A stretch of 64,000 nucleotides of DNA from Lama glama (Eukaryota), in assembly GCA_028534125.1 (NCBI GenBank), contig CM052817.1:82214001-82278000 (forward strand), in the 5' to 3' direction. Below are positions 39,404-51,904 of the stretch, piece by piece. The translations under genes were made by a program, and so were the position numbers. Below the pieces are notes generated by a model. The model saw only the letters and a list, made by a program, of their open reading frames with translations, ran no database searches and had not been told where the DNA came from. Numbering within the stretch: position 1 is the stretch's first letter; each line of letters starts with the position of its first letter.

Positions 39404-39953
39404 TGTTGAGGGTTTAACTAAACTACTCCATAATACTGCTGCCTTGGGATTCATTTTGTGTAGCTAAGCAGCTGTGGGGGCCTTGAACTGACAGTTGCCC
39501 TTCCCTCTAGTGCATGCCCTAGATAATAGTCCACTGAGTCAAAAGTGAGTGTGAGTTCCTCATATGACATCCTCAGTGCACCTGGTGATAAAGAGTTGCC
39601 CTTGCCTCCTACCTCCTTCCCCTTCTATGCCCCTCACATAAGATCCCCACAAAGCTTACCAAAACCTTGCCCTTTTCGATTTGAATTGACCAACTCAGCC
39701 TCAGCCTGGGACCCTCAAAGCACTCCACCCATGGACCCTAATTAAGCCATATGCTCCAGGTCCTGCTGCTAGCACTCTGCCTGTGGCAGGCCTCCACCTC
39801 CCCACATGGCTCCTCAAGGCCTGCGGTGTACCTCCTCCAGGACCTATGAGTAATAAACTTCTGTTTCACTTTCCCTTGTGGGCTTTGTTGAAATGCTCAT
39901 TCTCTGACACCTTAATACTCTGCTTAACAAATGCTAATTTAACAAAAATCACA
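39404..39953 (+). mobile_element. ERV solo LTR, family not determined
   Basis: TG...CA termini; C-rich U3-like body; aataaa at 39852-39857; near-TSD atgg/atga; cleanly interrupts the MLT1A. Confidence 0.75.
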
Positions 39954-42282
39954 ATGATAAACCACCCAGCTAAAGGTATTTTGTTATAGCAGGCTGAAAT
40001 GACTAAGGGTACAAGGTGTAGGCAGAGTCATGTTCTCTCTGAAGGCTCCATGGGAGGATCTTCCCTTGCCTCTTCTAGTTTTTGATGTTTGCCTGAAATT
40101 CTTAGCATTCCTTGGCTTGTAGATATTATCATGTCTATTTCTGCTTCTGTCTTCATGGCTTTCTACCCTGTGTGTTCAAATTTCCCTCTTCTTATAAAGC
40201 CTCTAGTCATTACACTGGGGTCCATTCTCACTCCGTATGGCTTCATCTTAATTACATCTACAAAGATGCTATTTTGAAATAAGGTTACATTCACAAGTAC
40301 CAGGGGTTAGGATTTGAATATATATTTGGGGGAGATGCAAGTCAACCAACAACAGTATCTGTATGCATCATATCAAATTAGATAAGAAAGGATGATCTGT
40401 GTCAAGAGTTTTTAAAAAATTTTTTCTAATAGCTGTCTAGTGTTAAAGTAGATGAAGTTTAATTTTTTAAATATGAGAAATAGATTTTTTAAATTCTATA
40501 ATAATTCTTCATTGATATTTTCCTTATTTGATAGGAAGTTGGACCCTAACGAAATAAAAGCAAACAGAAGTATCAAGCAAATAATACCCTCCAGTGATCT
40601 GTAATTCAGTTATAAAGATAAAGTATTCATACATGGAATAGTTAACAAAACGAGCATAGTATCGTATGACTATTGATAAAACTGAGTGATAGAACATTAT
40701 TTTGGGAGTAGGCTGGAAATAGGCAAGTAGAGGTGGTAGCACTCCAGTGGGGGAAGGAAGGTTAATATGTAAGTTGAAGTTTAGATTAATGAGGAACAAA
40801 ATTTATTCTGAGAACCATGAGGAATTCATGTAGCTGGAATAATTTTGGTATGTGTTAGATATGCTTGAAAGCAATATTAGGGTGATAAGTTGTAATCAAC
40901 TAATGAAAACCTTGAATGCCAGATTAACGAGTTCAGATTTTAACCTATAACTAACACCAGGGTCTAATTCCTTTCTACAGCATACTGGGACTACCGGCTT
41001 TTTTTTTTTTTTTTTTTACAACTGTAATCACAAGCCAGTCCCTAGCCTTGTGATTGATTTTAAATATTGGTTTTCTATCAGTGACTTCACTAACTTGGTT
41101 ACTCCTGATTTCTTGTTTCTTATAACCTGAATTTAATTAATTTTTCTGGGGCTCTACTCTATTTACATGTCCTGTACCCCAGGTCTTGTTTAAGACCAGA
41201 GAGATACATTGCTCTTGCCATTTTTTTTCCCTAAGAACTTTAGCTTTGATTTTAAGCCCAAACTCAAATGATTAAGGCTCTGCTGATCAAACTAGATGAC
41301 ACAAATGACCTGCAAATCTAAATTTTATTTATGATCTGGCTTATTCCTCACTTCTGTGTCTTAACTGTTTACTTGGAATATAATTTTAAATTTCTTGATC
41401 AGGAATACTAACCCATTGGCAATGGAACTTATACAATAGACTTAGTTTTCTCTCAGTTACTACTATTGGGAATCTCCACAAACACTTGTTCTGCCACAAG
41501 CTTCTAGTTTCCTATAGGCTTTTGCTATAACTGACCAGAAAGTGCCTTGCTTTTTTCATATATCTCCCAGACTAGTTACAAATATTACTAACTAGCTTAT
41601 ATTGATAACCTCTTGCCTATAGCCAGTTTCAATGGGATTGATTACGTTTTTCATAAAACATTTAGAAATGGAAACGAAGCCTGTTTACTTAAGGATCAAA
41701 GACTCCTAAGAAAAGAAACCACTGAGAAACCACTCATACTCTGCATATTCTCACTCTTCAAACAGATGTGGTTGGATGACAGAGGGAATTTTAATCCCTT
41801 TCTTGAGTTGTGGCTTCACTGTCATGCCCAGTTTTCATTACTTTGCATGTTTACAGGGGAAGGGTTGAAACTCTTGGGTTTCAAAGCATCTTCTGGACCA
41901 ATAAACTATATACTGCAGCATGCCATGCTCTGGGTGGGACTCAGAACCCTAGAACACTGCCTGACTCTCTCCAATTCATTGGAAACAATATGCTCCCAAC
42001 TGACCCAACGCTAACAGGGCTATTGAAGTAAAATATTAACTTTCATTGATTTATTTACTATTAAGAACTTGATGGAAGAATGGGAGATATAAAATCATTG
42101 AATCACTTTGGCTTAAGAGGAAAATGTCAAAATTCAGAATAGTCTTAGCTTGACCTCTTTGGCCAATGCAAAGTAACTTTTAATTCTTTTACATTTTGAG
42201 GTAAATCCATTCACAGTAGAAACCTTAAATATAGTATGACTTTTGTGTCTTTTTTCAAAGGAAGAAATTCATAAATATAGTT

Positions 42283-42743
42283 TGTTATGAGTTGAACTGT
42301 ATCCCCCCAAAATAGATGTTGAAAGTTCTAACAACTGGTTCCTGTAAGGTAACCTTATTCAGATATAGTCTTTGTAATGTAATCAAGCTAAGATGAGGTC
42401 ATTAGAGTGGTCTCTAACCCAATATAGCTGGTAACCTAATAAGAAGAGGGAAGTTTGGACATAGTTATAGGGGCACAGAATTCCATGTGAAGACACAGAC
42501 AGCCATGTGACATGGAGGCAAACTGGAATGATGAATATACAGGCAGGGATTGCCAAGGACTGCCTGTAAACACCAGAAGCTAAAAGAGGTAAGGAGATAT
42601 TCTTTCCTGCAGATTTCAAAGGGTGTCCTGCTGACACCTTGATTTTGAACTTCTAGCTTCCAAAACTATGAGACAATAAATACATGTTATTTTAAGCCAC
42701 TGTTTCTGGTAGTTTGTTACAAAAGCCCTAGGAAACAAGTACA
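42283..42743 (+). mobile_element. MaLR solo LTR (MLT1B type)
   Basis: tgttatgagttgaactgtatcccccc...gatgaggtcattagagtgg...ctgctgacaccttgatttt...gccctaggaaacaagtaca. Confidence 0.92.
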
Positions 42744-42859
42744 CTACTCTAAAAAAATTTACGAAGTACTGACTGTCATCTGCTACTTTCCTTTTATTTC
42801 CTTCAAAAGAAATTAATTCCAAATAGAAAAATTAAAAAGTGGTAATAGATTTGTGAAAT

Positions 42860-43445
42860 CCTAACATAAGATAGGTACTGGAAGCCATTGAGTATTTTTG
42901 AACAGAGATTGACATGATAAACTTGGGGGTTTAGATATATGTTTGAAACCAATTGGGACTTTAAAAAGATTAAGTAAAACTAGATGCATTGTGAAAGGAA
43001 TGAAAGGAAAGAGGGAAAATGGAAGGAACATACAAATGATGAAAAGAATGAAGAAATGAAGGAAGTTTCCCAAACAAAAAGTAATAAGATATAAAATGAT
43101 GATAATGAAATTAGAAATGAGAATGGCATAAACTGGATTTGAGAAAACTTTTAAAAGAAATGATAAAATTTATTCACAAAATACACACATTTACGTTAAT
43201 CTAGGAAATAAAAGATCAAAGTTAGCCACGGTATTCCAAATTAGAGTCAGAAAAAAATCAGTCCAGTTGATAATGTATTTTAGGCAATTGTAAGAAGTTT
43301 ATTTGGATGAGATACAAAAGAGAAAGTAAAGAATTTTATTTTGATGTACTGGATTTAAGATAAGCTGGGTGTCTCAACTAGATACTGAATTCAGAAGGTA
43401 GTTGTACAGAACTGGAGAACAGAGGTATGAGTGGGACAGAAGTTT
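42860..43445 (-). mobile_element. L2 fragments
   Basis: ggaagccattgagtatttttgaacagagattgacatgat; gaattttattttgatgtactggatttaagat. Confidence 0.55.
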
Positions 43446-43479
43446 GGACAGGGATGCTTTGTTGTGGGTGTGCAAATGT

Positions 43480-43800
43480 CAACAGTAATCCTGGCTCCTC
43501 TTGGCTTATCCTGTACTTCCTGTCATTCTTAAACTTTGATTCCCATTCTCAACCTCTCAAGGTGTCTTGAAGAGCCTCAGTCTTCACATCCAAATTCCAA
43601 GCAGGCAGAAGGGCAAAAAGGAAGAAGCATAAGGGGCATGTCAACTGTCATTATTTAGAAGTTTTTGTCCCCCCAGAAACCACATGCACCCACACCCCTT
43701 CATATCACCTAGCTTCAGAGAAGGAGGGGAAACTGAGATGTCAGTGGGACAGAAGAGAGGAGGCAGACATTGGGTCAGTAACTATCAGTATCTGCTACTG
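43480..43800 (-). mobile_element. Old MaLR LTR fragment (MLT1J-like)
   Basis: tcacatccaaattccaagcaggcagaaggg; cacctagcttcagagaagg; gacattgggtcagtaactatcagtatctgctac. Confidence 0.6.
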
Positions 43801-44344
43801 GGACATCCCTGCTTGTTCAGTTTATTTAATTATTGTAATATGATCCAATTCTGATTCCTTGCCAGTGGATTAGCTCCACTGCTTTAAATATTTTCCTTTT
43901 CAGACATTTTAGAGAAAGCCTATAGAATCAAGCTAGTAAATCATGAAATACAGTAATTTTTTGTCTAAACATTTGCTTGTTTATACGCCTTTGTATATAT
44001 TTCTGCTTTCTGGAGAGTGATATAAATCATTTTTGTCATCTGTTTTCAGTAGTCTGCATTTTTTATATCTTACATTAACATAGACAATTAAAAGTTGACT
44101 TTATCCTAACGCTGTGAATGCATAAAGTTATTTTACCTTTGAGTATGATATAATTCATTCATTTTTTTCTATTCTACTTGTCAACACACAACAAAAGGAG
44201 CAAATAATGACTTTTCAAAATGTGCATCATTTGATTGTTTTGCTCAGAATATTATGAGAACATAATATCCTAAATCATGTAAATTACAGTTAACTCTTTA
44301 ATTTCCCATTATATAGAAGAACTATTTTCTCTTTTACACATATT

Positions 44345-44636
44345 CAAATAAAACAAAACGATACAGAAGCAGCCTCAGAGAACAAACTAGTGGTTATCAG
44401 AAAGGAGAAGATGGGGGGAGAGGCAAAATAGGGGAAAAGGTTTAAGAGGTACAAATTATCAGTCATAAAATAAATAAATCACAGGGATGTAAGGTACAGC
44501 ACAGAGAATAGAGTTAATATTTTATAACTTTATATAATATGTAATCTATAAAAATATCAAATAACTATGTTGTACACCTGAAAATAGTATAATATTGTAA
44601 GTCAAATATACTTTTATAAATAAAAGAAAAGAAAGG
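44345..44636 (+). mobile_element. L1 3' UTR stub
   Basis: cagagaacaaactagtggttatcag...taagaggtacaaa...ctatgttgtacacctgaaa...A-rich tail. Confidence 0.88.
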
Positions 44637-47012
44637 TAATAGAATGGTTTATTCAACATTCACTTAAAAATATTTAATTCTTTCTGAGTGCCAGACACTA
44701 TGCTCAACTGTAAAGAGAGATTCAATGATAAATAAAACAAATTGAGAATTGATGCTTTTCGAGAAGTTTGTGCCAGGGTAAGTTATTTTATCTACGGGTC
44801 CAAATATGTACGTATGTATGCATGTACATACATATCTACATCTGTATCTATTTTGTTCATAATGTTCTTGGTGCAGTGCAAATATAGTATAAAGATAGAG
44901 ACGGTGTGGGGTGGAGGTAAAGGTGCTGAGTTGTATTTGCACTGGTTAGTGCTTGTCTGGACCACCCATTTAGCCTGTGACTTCATACTGGGTGGTGGTG
45001 TGTGTCAGGATGAACTGACCCTCCTGCAGAAAGTGACTAAAACTAAAAAAAATAATAACAATAACAGTCAATTTAGAAAGTACTTTCAGAAATGTTTCTA
45101 ATGTATAGGTCAGTGGTTTGCCCTTAAACTCATAATTCTTGATCTGTTTAAAATCATGTCTGTTATTCATCATGTTGCTTTGCAGAAGCACTTTTAGCTC
45201 TCATCGAATTTTACTTGACATAGTGTAGACTCCGTTGGCATGCTAGCAAATGTTCAGAAACATTATAACTCCATGTGGAATTTTTTGAGTTGGCACAAAG
45301 AGTAAGATAATGAGACAAGCGCAGATTTATGGCTTTCTGCCTCAAACTTCCATATTCATTTGAAATTTAATTCAAGAAAAGTCTTAAACCATACATGTAT
45401 AAAAATTTTCCTCTGTTAGGAGTATAAATCCTTAATAACATATTAAATTTAAGCAATCAGCTTATCTATTAACATAAAATTAAATTTGAAAATGTTTTAT
45501 ATTAAAAAATCTAAGTCAGTGCCAAAAGCTTAACTTATTTTTTGTTCTTAAAAAACATAAGCAGCATATACTGGGACTGAAATGTGAGTTTCCAAATATA
45601 GGGAATATTGTTTTATCAGTTTTCTACGTAATGCTATGCATTATTAGAACACAGATTCAATATGATTATAGATAGCAAAATGTGTTATAATTCAAACGCC
45701 CAGAAATTCTGTTTCTAAATTGTCAACATATTACAATTTGGTTACTTCCAGCATATTAAATTGTAGGATTAGTACTGTCCTGTAGAGGCAGAAACTTTTT
45801 ATGAATGGTGTGTAACAAGGTCAGCCACTTAAGAAATTCTCAAAACACAAAAAGGCTAGGATGATACTGCATCATATCAATCATTTTCAAGTAAACAGAT
45901 GAGATATTATCAGACAGTAAAAACCCAAAACTAAGGGTTTCATTTATAATTCAAAGAATTCTATTATTGTGATTGGTAAATCAAAGGTAAACATCTGTCC
46001 TATTAATCAACTTATAGTTTTGTTAAGACATGGCCAATATGAGTTATGGATAAAGTAAAGAAAAACACAAATAAGGTTAGAGGGCTTGATGGGGGATGGC
46101 TTTGTTTTCAGAGAAGCCAAAGGATTTCTCTCATCCTCAACTGATTTTCATCTGTAAGATTTCAAGCTTTACATCCTGAGCTGATCTGAACCAAAACAAA
46201 ATGAAAATTTATGTTACTTGGGAAATTGCACTTTTAACATGTGATTAAAAAAAAATTACATATGTCCTTAGTTATAAGACAAAGACCAAAAGAACAAAGA
46301 TTGCACAGTTTAATTAATTGATGGATTATTAATTCCAGTTTCTCTTCCAGAGGAGCAATGGTTATCATATCTCAAACGGTGAACATTACAGATAAAATCC
46401 ATGGTAAAGACTAGATCTGCTGTGTAACTTCTCTGATAACTAAATTTGGAGGGATTTTAGAAAGGATTACATGAAATGATGTATATAAAACATGTAACAA
46501 AGATTTTAAAAGTTAGCTATTATTAGTATTTTCATTAAAAACAAGATTAATTTGTAGAAAATAATCAGACTTATAAATATTAATATATGTTAATTATATC
46601 TGGGAGCTTCCAATTAATGCTATATATAATAGTGGCCCTATTACAGTTTTGATCATTTCTAATACCCTTGACTTTGAATTGGTATTACTTAATTCAGTAG
46701 AAATTAAATGTAATAAAGAAAATTACTAGATGTTTAAGTTCACCTAATTTTTAAAACTATTTCATTAAACTGAGTTAAGATAGCTTGGTGAAATATGACC
46801 AACAACATCGTCCCTCTAATTGGCAATAAAAAACAACAGCTATGTCTTACATAAATGTTTCTATAATTTACCTAAAATTAGAAGTCTACTTATAGGCTAA
46901 ATGACCACTAAGGAGTATGTGGGTGACAAAATAGTTTTGAGACAAGATATTGTAACAATAGTGATTTGCTCTCAAATATCTGTGAGGTAGTAGCTACCAT
47001 TAATACTGTCTT

Positions 47013-47127
47013 AAAAAAAATATTTTTTATTGAAGTATGGTCAGTTAAAATGTGTCAGCTTCTGGTGTACAGCATAATGACCCAGTCATGCATAAATATA
47101 CGTGTATCATTTTCATATTCATTTTCA
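47013..47127 (-). mobile_element. Short L1 3' stub
   Basis: ttttttattgaagtatggtcagtt...tctggtgtacagcataatg; TSD aatactgtctt (47002-47012) / aatattgtctt (47128-47138). Confidence 0.85.
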
Positions 47128-47851
47128 AATATTGTCTTTATTAAACACAAGACTAGTTTGTAGAAATGATTTGATATACCAGTTGTAAAATATGTTATCT
47201 CATATCCAGGTGCTTCCAGTCAAAGACTACATACAACAATGTTACTCATGAACTTTTAAGTCTGTGAACAATTTAATAGAGCAAAAGATCCCAGGAATCA
47301 TATATCTTTCTGTCAATAGGAAAAAAGATCATGTGTTAATTAATTTGCATAATCCACAGAATAATGTCTAGGTTTAATAATAAATATAAGATTTATTCCA
47401 ACCCTCCAATTTCTCCCATCCTAAATTACACCAAATGTTCAAGACATTAGTCTGCAAATCATAGATATTTTACAACCTGTGGAAGAAGCAGTATTATTTG
47501 CTTGGTCAAAGTCTGTCTCAATCCAGGATCAGTATTTTCTCTAAATATATATTGTATCTTACATAAACATAACTAAATGAACTAAATCATTTCCTGGTCA
47601 GTAACTAAAATTATAAAAATATATCCAAAGAAATAGTCAAATTATATAATTTATATGAAGATTTTATTGAGTGCATTTTAACTGTTAAGGGTGTCTGTTT
47701 TTTGTATGTTAAGCACTTAAAATATAGCAGAGAAATTATAATTATCAAGGAAATTCAAGCAAAAACTCTGGAGAGAGAACATAAATTACAGAATGGGAGA
47801 GAATAGGGAAATATCACAATAAGAAGGGACATATTTCAGAAGAATTAAAAA

Positions 47852-48358
47852 TAGAGTTTCCAAATAAAATAAAAGATGCCAAAAAAGGACACTATGAATT
47901 CATCTACAAAGCAGAAACAGACTTGCATAGTAAACAATCTATGGTTACTGGGGAAAAGGTGTGGGAAGGGATAAATTTGGGAGTTTGAGATTTACAAATG
48001 TTAGCTACTATATATAAAAATTGATTAAAAAAAGTTTCTGTTGGCTAGCACAGGTAACTATGTTCAATATCTTGTAATAACATTTAATGAAAAAGAATAT
48101 GAAAGCAAATATATGTATGTATATGCATAACTAGGACATTGTACTATACACCAGAAATTGACACATTGTAACTGACAGTACTTCAATTGAAAAAAAAGAT
48201 GCCCAGTTAAATTTGAATTGCAGATAAACAAAAAATATTCTTATTGTAAGAATGGCCCATGCAGTATCTGTGACATATTTATGTTAAAATTTTTTTGATT
48301 TTCTGAAATACAAATTTAACTAAGCATCCTGTATTTTTATTTGCTCAATCTGGCATTT
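47852..48358. mobile_element. MER53 palindromic MITE split by an L1
   Basis: tagagtttccaaataaaataaaagatgcc | cagttaaatttgaattgcagataaaca...tctgaaatacaaatttaactaagcatcctgtatttttatttgctcaatctggca. Confidence 0.85.
47881..48193 (+). mobile_element. L1 3' UTR stub inserted in MER53
   Basis: catctacaaagcagaaacagact...gggataaatttgggagtttgagatt...tatacaccagaaattgacacattgtaactgac; TSD aaaagatgcc (47871-47880 / 48194-48203). Confidence 0.9.
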
Positions 48359-49251
48359 ATTCTTGAAGCAATTTTTAGAAATAAAAGGAAATAGAAATTT
48401 AAAATGTTTAATAAATTAATAAATATAGAATGACTGACGTGTGGGCAACTCAAGTGATATGGTTTAAAATAAAATTCATAGTATTATTAAAAACAAAACT
48501 GTTTTCAAGGCAAAAACTCAAGAAAGAGAAGGTTATATTTTTTACAACACAAAAAAAGAATATCATGGAGATCATTTACTTATATAAAAACCCTTTATAT
48601 ATTTCCTGAATATTTCACATATGTCAATTATTTTAACTATGAGTTTAATGTGATGTAAAAGGAATAATTCATTGGTAGAATACAGGTGAAATTTTTTTTA
48701 ATTAAGAATTTAGTTTTTAGAGAAATATCATTTGCTTACAAACTACTGCAGCCCTTTTTACATTCAAATATTCTATACATATTCACAGGCCATTTTTCTT
48801 TATCGATGATGGCATTTGGAAATATTAACTGAAGTAGTGTTACAAATACAGATGCTACAAGCATGTCAAAGTCTCTGAAATTGCTGATGACAGAGTTTAC
48901 AAGTAATTATAAATATTGAAATAAAAGCCAAAAATACAGCTGGTGTGTTTATTTGCTGATGCTCAAAAGGAAATATTTACGTTAATTTTGTTTTAATCTG
49001 AAGCCATTGTACTCAGAAAGCTATACAGAAAATTGGTTGTATATTACAAAAATTTAGATATATTATTTCATACTCACTAGGCAACATTTCTAGAACTAAG
49101 CATGTAATGTATCTTAGGACATCAAAAAATTACAAATTAACATTTTTCTTTAAATGTCTTCTACAACTAATACATGCAGACATTGAGAGAGAGAAAAGGA
49201 GAGACAGCAATGCTACTCCATTTACATTTTAAAATAACATATGGTTTAAAG

Positions 49252-49445
49252 CAGGGTTTCATAAACTTGGTACTTGTGACATTTTGAGTCAGATAATTTG
49301 GGGAGTGTAAGGGTGATTGAACTATGCATTATAAGATATTTAGAAGCATCCTTGGGTTCTACCCACTAGGTGTCAAGAGTATCTTCTGAGTTGGAACAAT
49401 CAGAGATGTCTTTAGACAAAGCCAAATGTCCCCTGGTGGGGGTTT
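49252..49445 (+). mobile_element. MER20 hAT MITE
   Basis: cagggtttcataaacttggtac...gacattttgagtcagataatt...ctacccactag...gccaaatgtcccctgg. Confidence 0.85.
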
Positions 49446-49594
49446 AAAGTAAAGGACACATTTGCCTATGGTGCTTTGATATATCAATCTGGCCATTTAT
49501 TTAATCATTACTAACACAATAATAACAACCCTATTTATTTAGAGCTCAATATGTGCTAGTTATACATCAAGTCTAATCATAATACAAAAATGCA

Positions 49595-50305
49595 ATCTAT
49601 TTCATATTTAAAATGACTTTTAGGAGTCATAACAAAACTGAGAGAAGGTATAGAGATTTCCCATATACCCTTTGCTACCACACATGCATACTCTCTCCCA
49701 TTATCAACCTGCCCCACCAGAGTGGTACATTTTCTACAACTAGTGAACCTACATTGGTACATCATTATCACCCAGATTTCATGGTATTCATTAAGGTTCA
49801 CTCAGTGTTGTACAGTCTAAAGGTATGAAAATGTATAACTTGTACCCATCATTATAGTATCATACAGAATATTTTTACTGCCTTAAACAATCTCTGTGCT
49901 CTGCCTATTGATCCATTCCCAACTCAACCCATGGCAACCACTCATCTTTTTCCTGTCTTCATAATTTTGCCTTTTCCAAAATGTTATGTAGTTGGAATCA
50001 TACAGTACATAACCTTATATCAGCTTCTTTCACTTAGCAACATGCGTTTAAGTTTCCCCCATGTAGTTTGATGGCTTATTACTTTTTCGTACCAATTAAT
50101 ATTCCATTGTCAGATGTACCACTGTTTACTTTATCCATTTACCTACTGATGGACATCTTAGTTGCTTCCAGGTTTTGGCAGTCACGAACAAAGTTGCTAT
50201 AAACATCCATGTTCATGTTTTTGTATGGATATAAGTTTTCAACTCCTTTGAGTAAATAACAAAAATTGCAATTGCTAACTCTTATGGTAAGAGTTTAGTT
50301 GTGAA
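49595..50305 (-). mobile_element. L1MC-like 3' end
   Basis: gagatttcccatataccc...ccccaccagagtggtacattt...atggcaaccactcatc...ggacatcttagttgcttcca. Confidence 0.9.
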
Positions 50306-51904
50306 AGAACATTGTTAAGATTTTTTATTGTTTCCTGGACATACTGTCTATTCTGATTGAATACTCAAGAGTCCATTTAAACCATTTTATTTTATCAGGC
50401 AGTCACCTTCTTCAGATTTAACATGCAGATATTGGCCTTCTTTTGAGGGTTGTTCTAATGAGTTAATGTTTTGGAATTTCTGCAGTATGATTTTGGTCTG
50501 CTTGGTTTCTCTGGTATTGTTGGGACCCCCATTGTTGTCTGCCAGTGTTGCCTCAAATGGCATTTCTGTGAGTCAGTATCCTCTCTAATCAACATGTTGC
50601 AGAAAATCATTTATGTATGACATTTAGGTAAATGACATAATCTGGGGGTAATGTGGGGGAACAAAATGTCGTTTTAGGGAAAAATGTGTTTAAGTTTGTG
50701 TTTATATAATTAGAAAACATTATAATAAAAATATATTCTGAAAAATTATGTTACTAATTTTTTTTAGTGTTAGGAATGCTGATGCTTAAGGGAACCTAAT
50801 TTTGTTAAGTTTCAAAAATTGCCTACAGAAAGAAATTCAGTCACCGGTAATTATCAACTATAAACCTGTCACACAAATTTCTTGGGATTTTAAAAGCTTG
50901 TAGTTAGTGTATTAAATTACTATTACCCAATTATGTGACATTTTATCGCTTCATCAAAAAGAAAGCTGATAGTAAATAGTATAAATGACTAAGTAAAGTA
51001 GAATGGTGATGAAATCTAAACACAAAACACAACCATAAGAGTTTTTAAATTTCAAAACAGGAAAACTCCCCAATGCATCTCTTTACCCCTTCTGAGATTG
51101 ATATAAATGGCGCACATAATAAATTGAGTCAAATTACAACGTCATCTATTAATTAGCATTTGTCTTCAGGTTAATTGTGCATTTAAAATAACAATAACAA
51201 ATAAATAAGGGAAGGTTGATTTTCATAAGGTTTTAAAACATACTGACTAAATAATTTTCAAATTAAATTTAAGAACCACATTAATCTAGAAAAGACTATT
51301 TCTTAATAGCAAATATCCACTTGAAAGAATTTAATTAATATTGAAGAGTATCTCATGACAAAATTAATTGCAGTCTCTGGGGTCTTGAAACATAAAAGAA
51401 AAAGCAGGAAATTCTTTGTCTAAAGCAATACTAGAAGAAAAAATAACGTTTAGAAATTGCCTGACCTAGAGAGCCCTGTAGCACTTCTTCAGGTTAAACT
51501 ACCTTTTAACTTCTGTACATTGCCCAGGCTGAATTTACTCATAAGAAATTCGTTTGCAAAAGACTGATTAGATAAAATAGTTTTTGGAGGGATTAGTTAC
51601 TTGTTATTCTCAATTCCTTTGAATAAATTTAGTAATGACGAGGTAAAAAGAATAATTCCACGAACTCTCTTGGGATCTTCAGTTACTGACTGCAGTGAAT
51701 GAGGAGAATTTTCTCTCAGGTAAACACGTGGGCCGCTGAGATGTGTGGTGAAGGAATGTCATGGTCTCATCATTTGGGAAAGTGAAAGTCATGCTCCTGT
51801 GACTTTCGCTGAACTGCTTAAACATCCCGTATTTTCCATGAAGGGCAGAAGCATCATCTACATCATGAAGCAAGCACTGGTCCGTGACCAGCTGCCCTTG
51901 CTCA

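Larger units (their letters stand above)
38600..40011 (+). mobile_element. MaLR LTR (MLT1A-like), itself split by two LTRs
   Basis: Pieces 38600-38610, 39095-39403 and 39958-40011: tgttctggtct|gatgtttatgggcccccacaattcatatgttga...gggattagtgccctta...ggacttccagcctccagaactgtgaga|taaaccacccag...gactaag. Confidence 0.88.
38490..40354 (-). mobile_element. MaLR LTR (MLT1C-like), split into 38490-38599 and ~40012-40354 by nested LTRs
   Basis: Left piece tgtattagtttcccaggg...tttacagttttagagattaga; right piece caaggtgtaggcagagtcatgttctctctgaaggctc...gtcaaccaacaaca; the pieces join at the aaatcaagg consensus position. Confidence 0.85.

Noticed and set aside
41613..42014. 133-aa ORF in unique sequence
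   Set aside because: TTG start, no recognisable domain or splice context; length compatible with chance.
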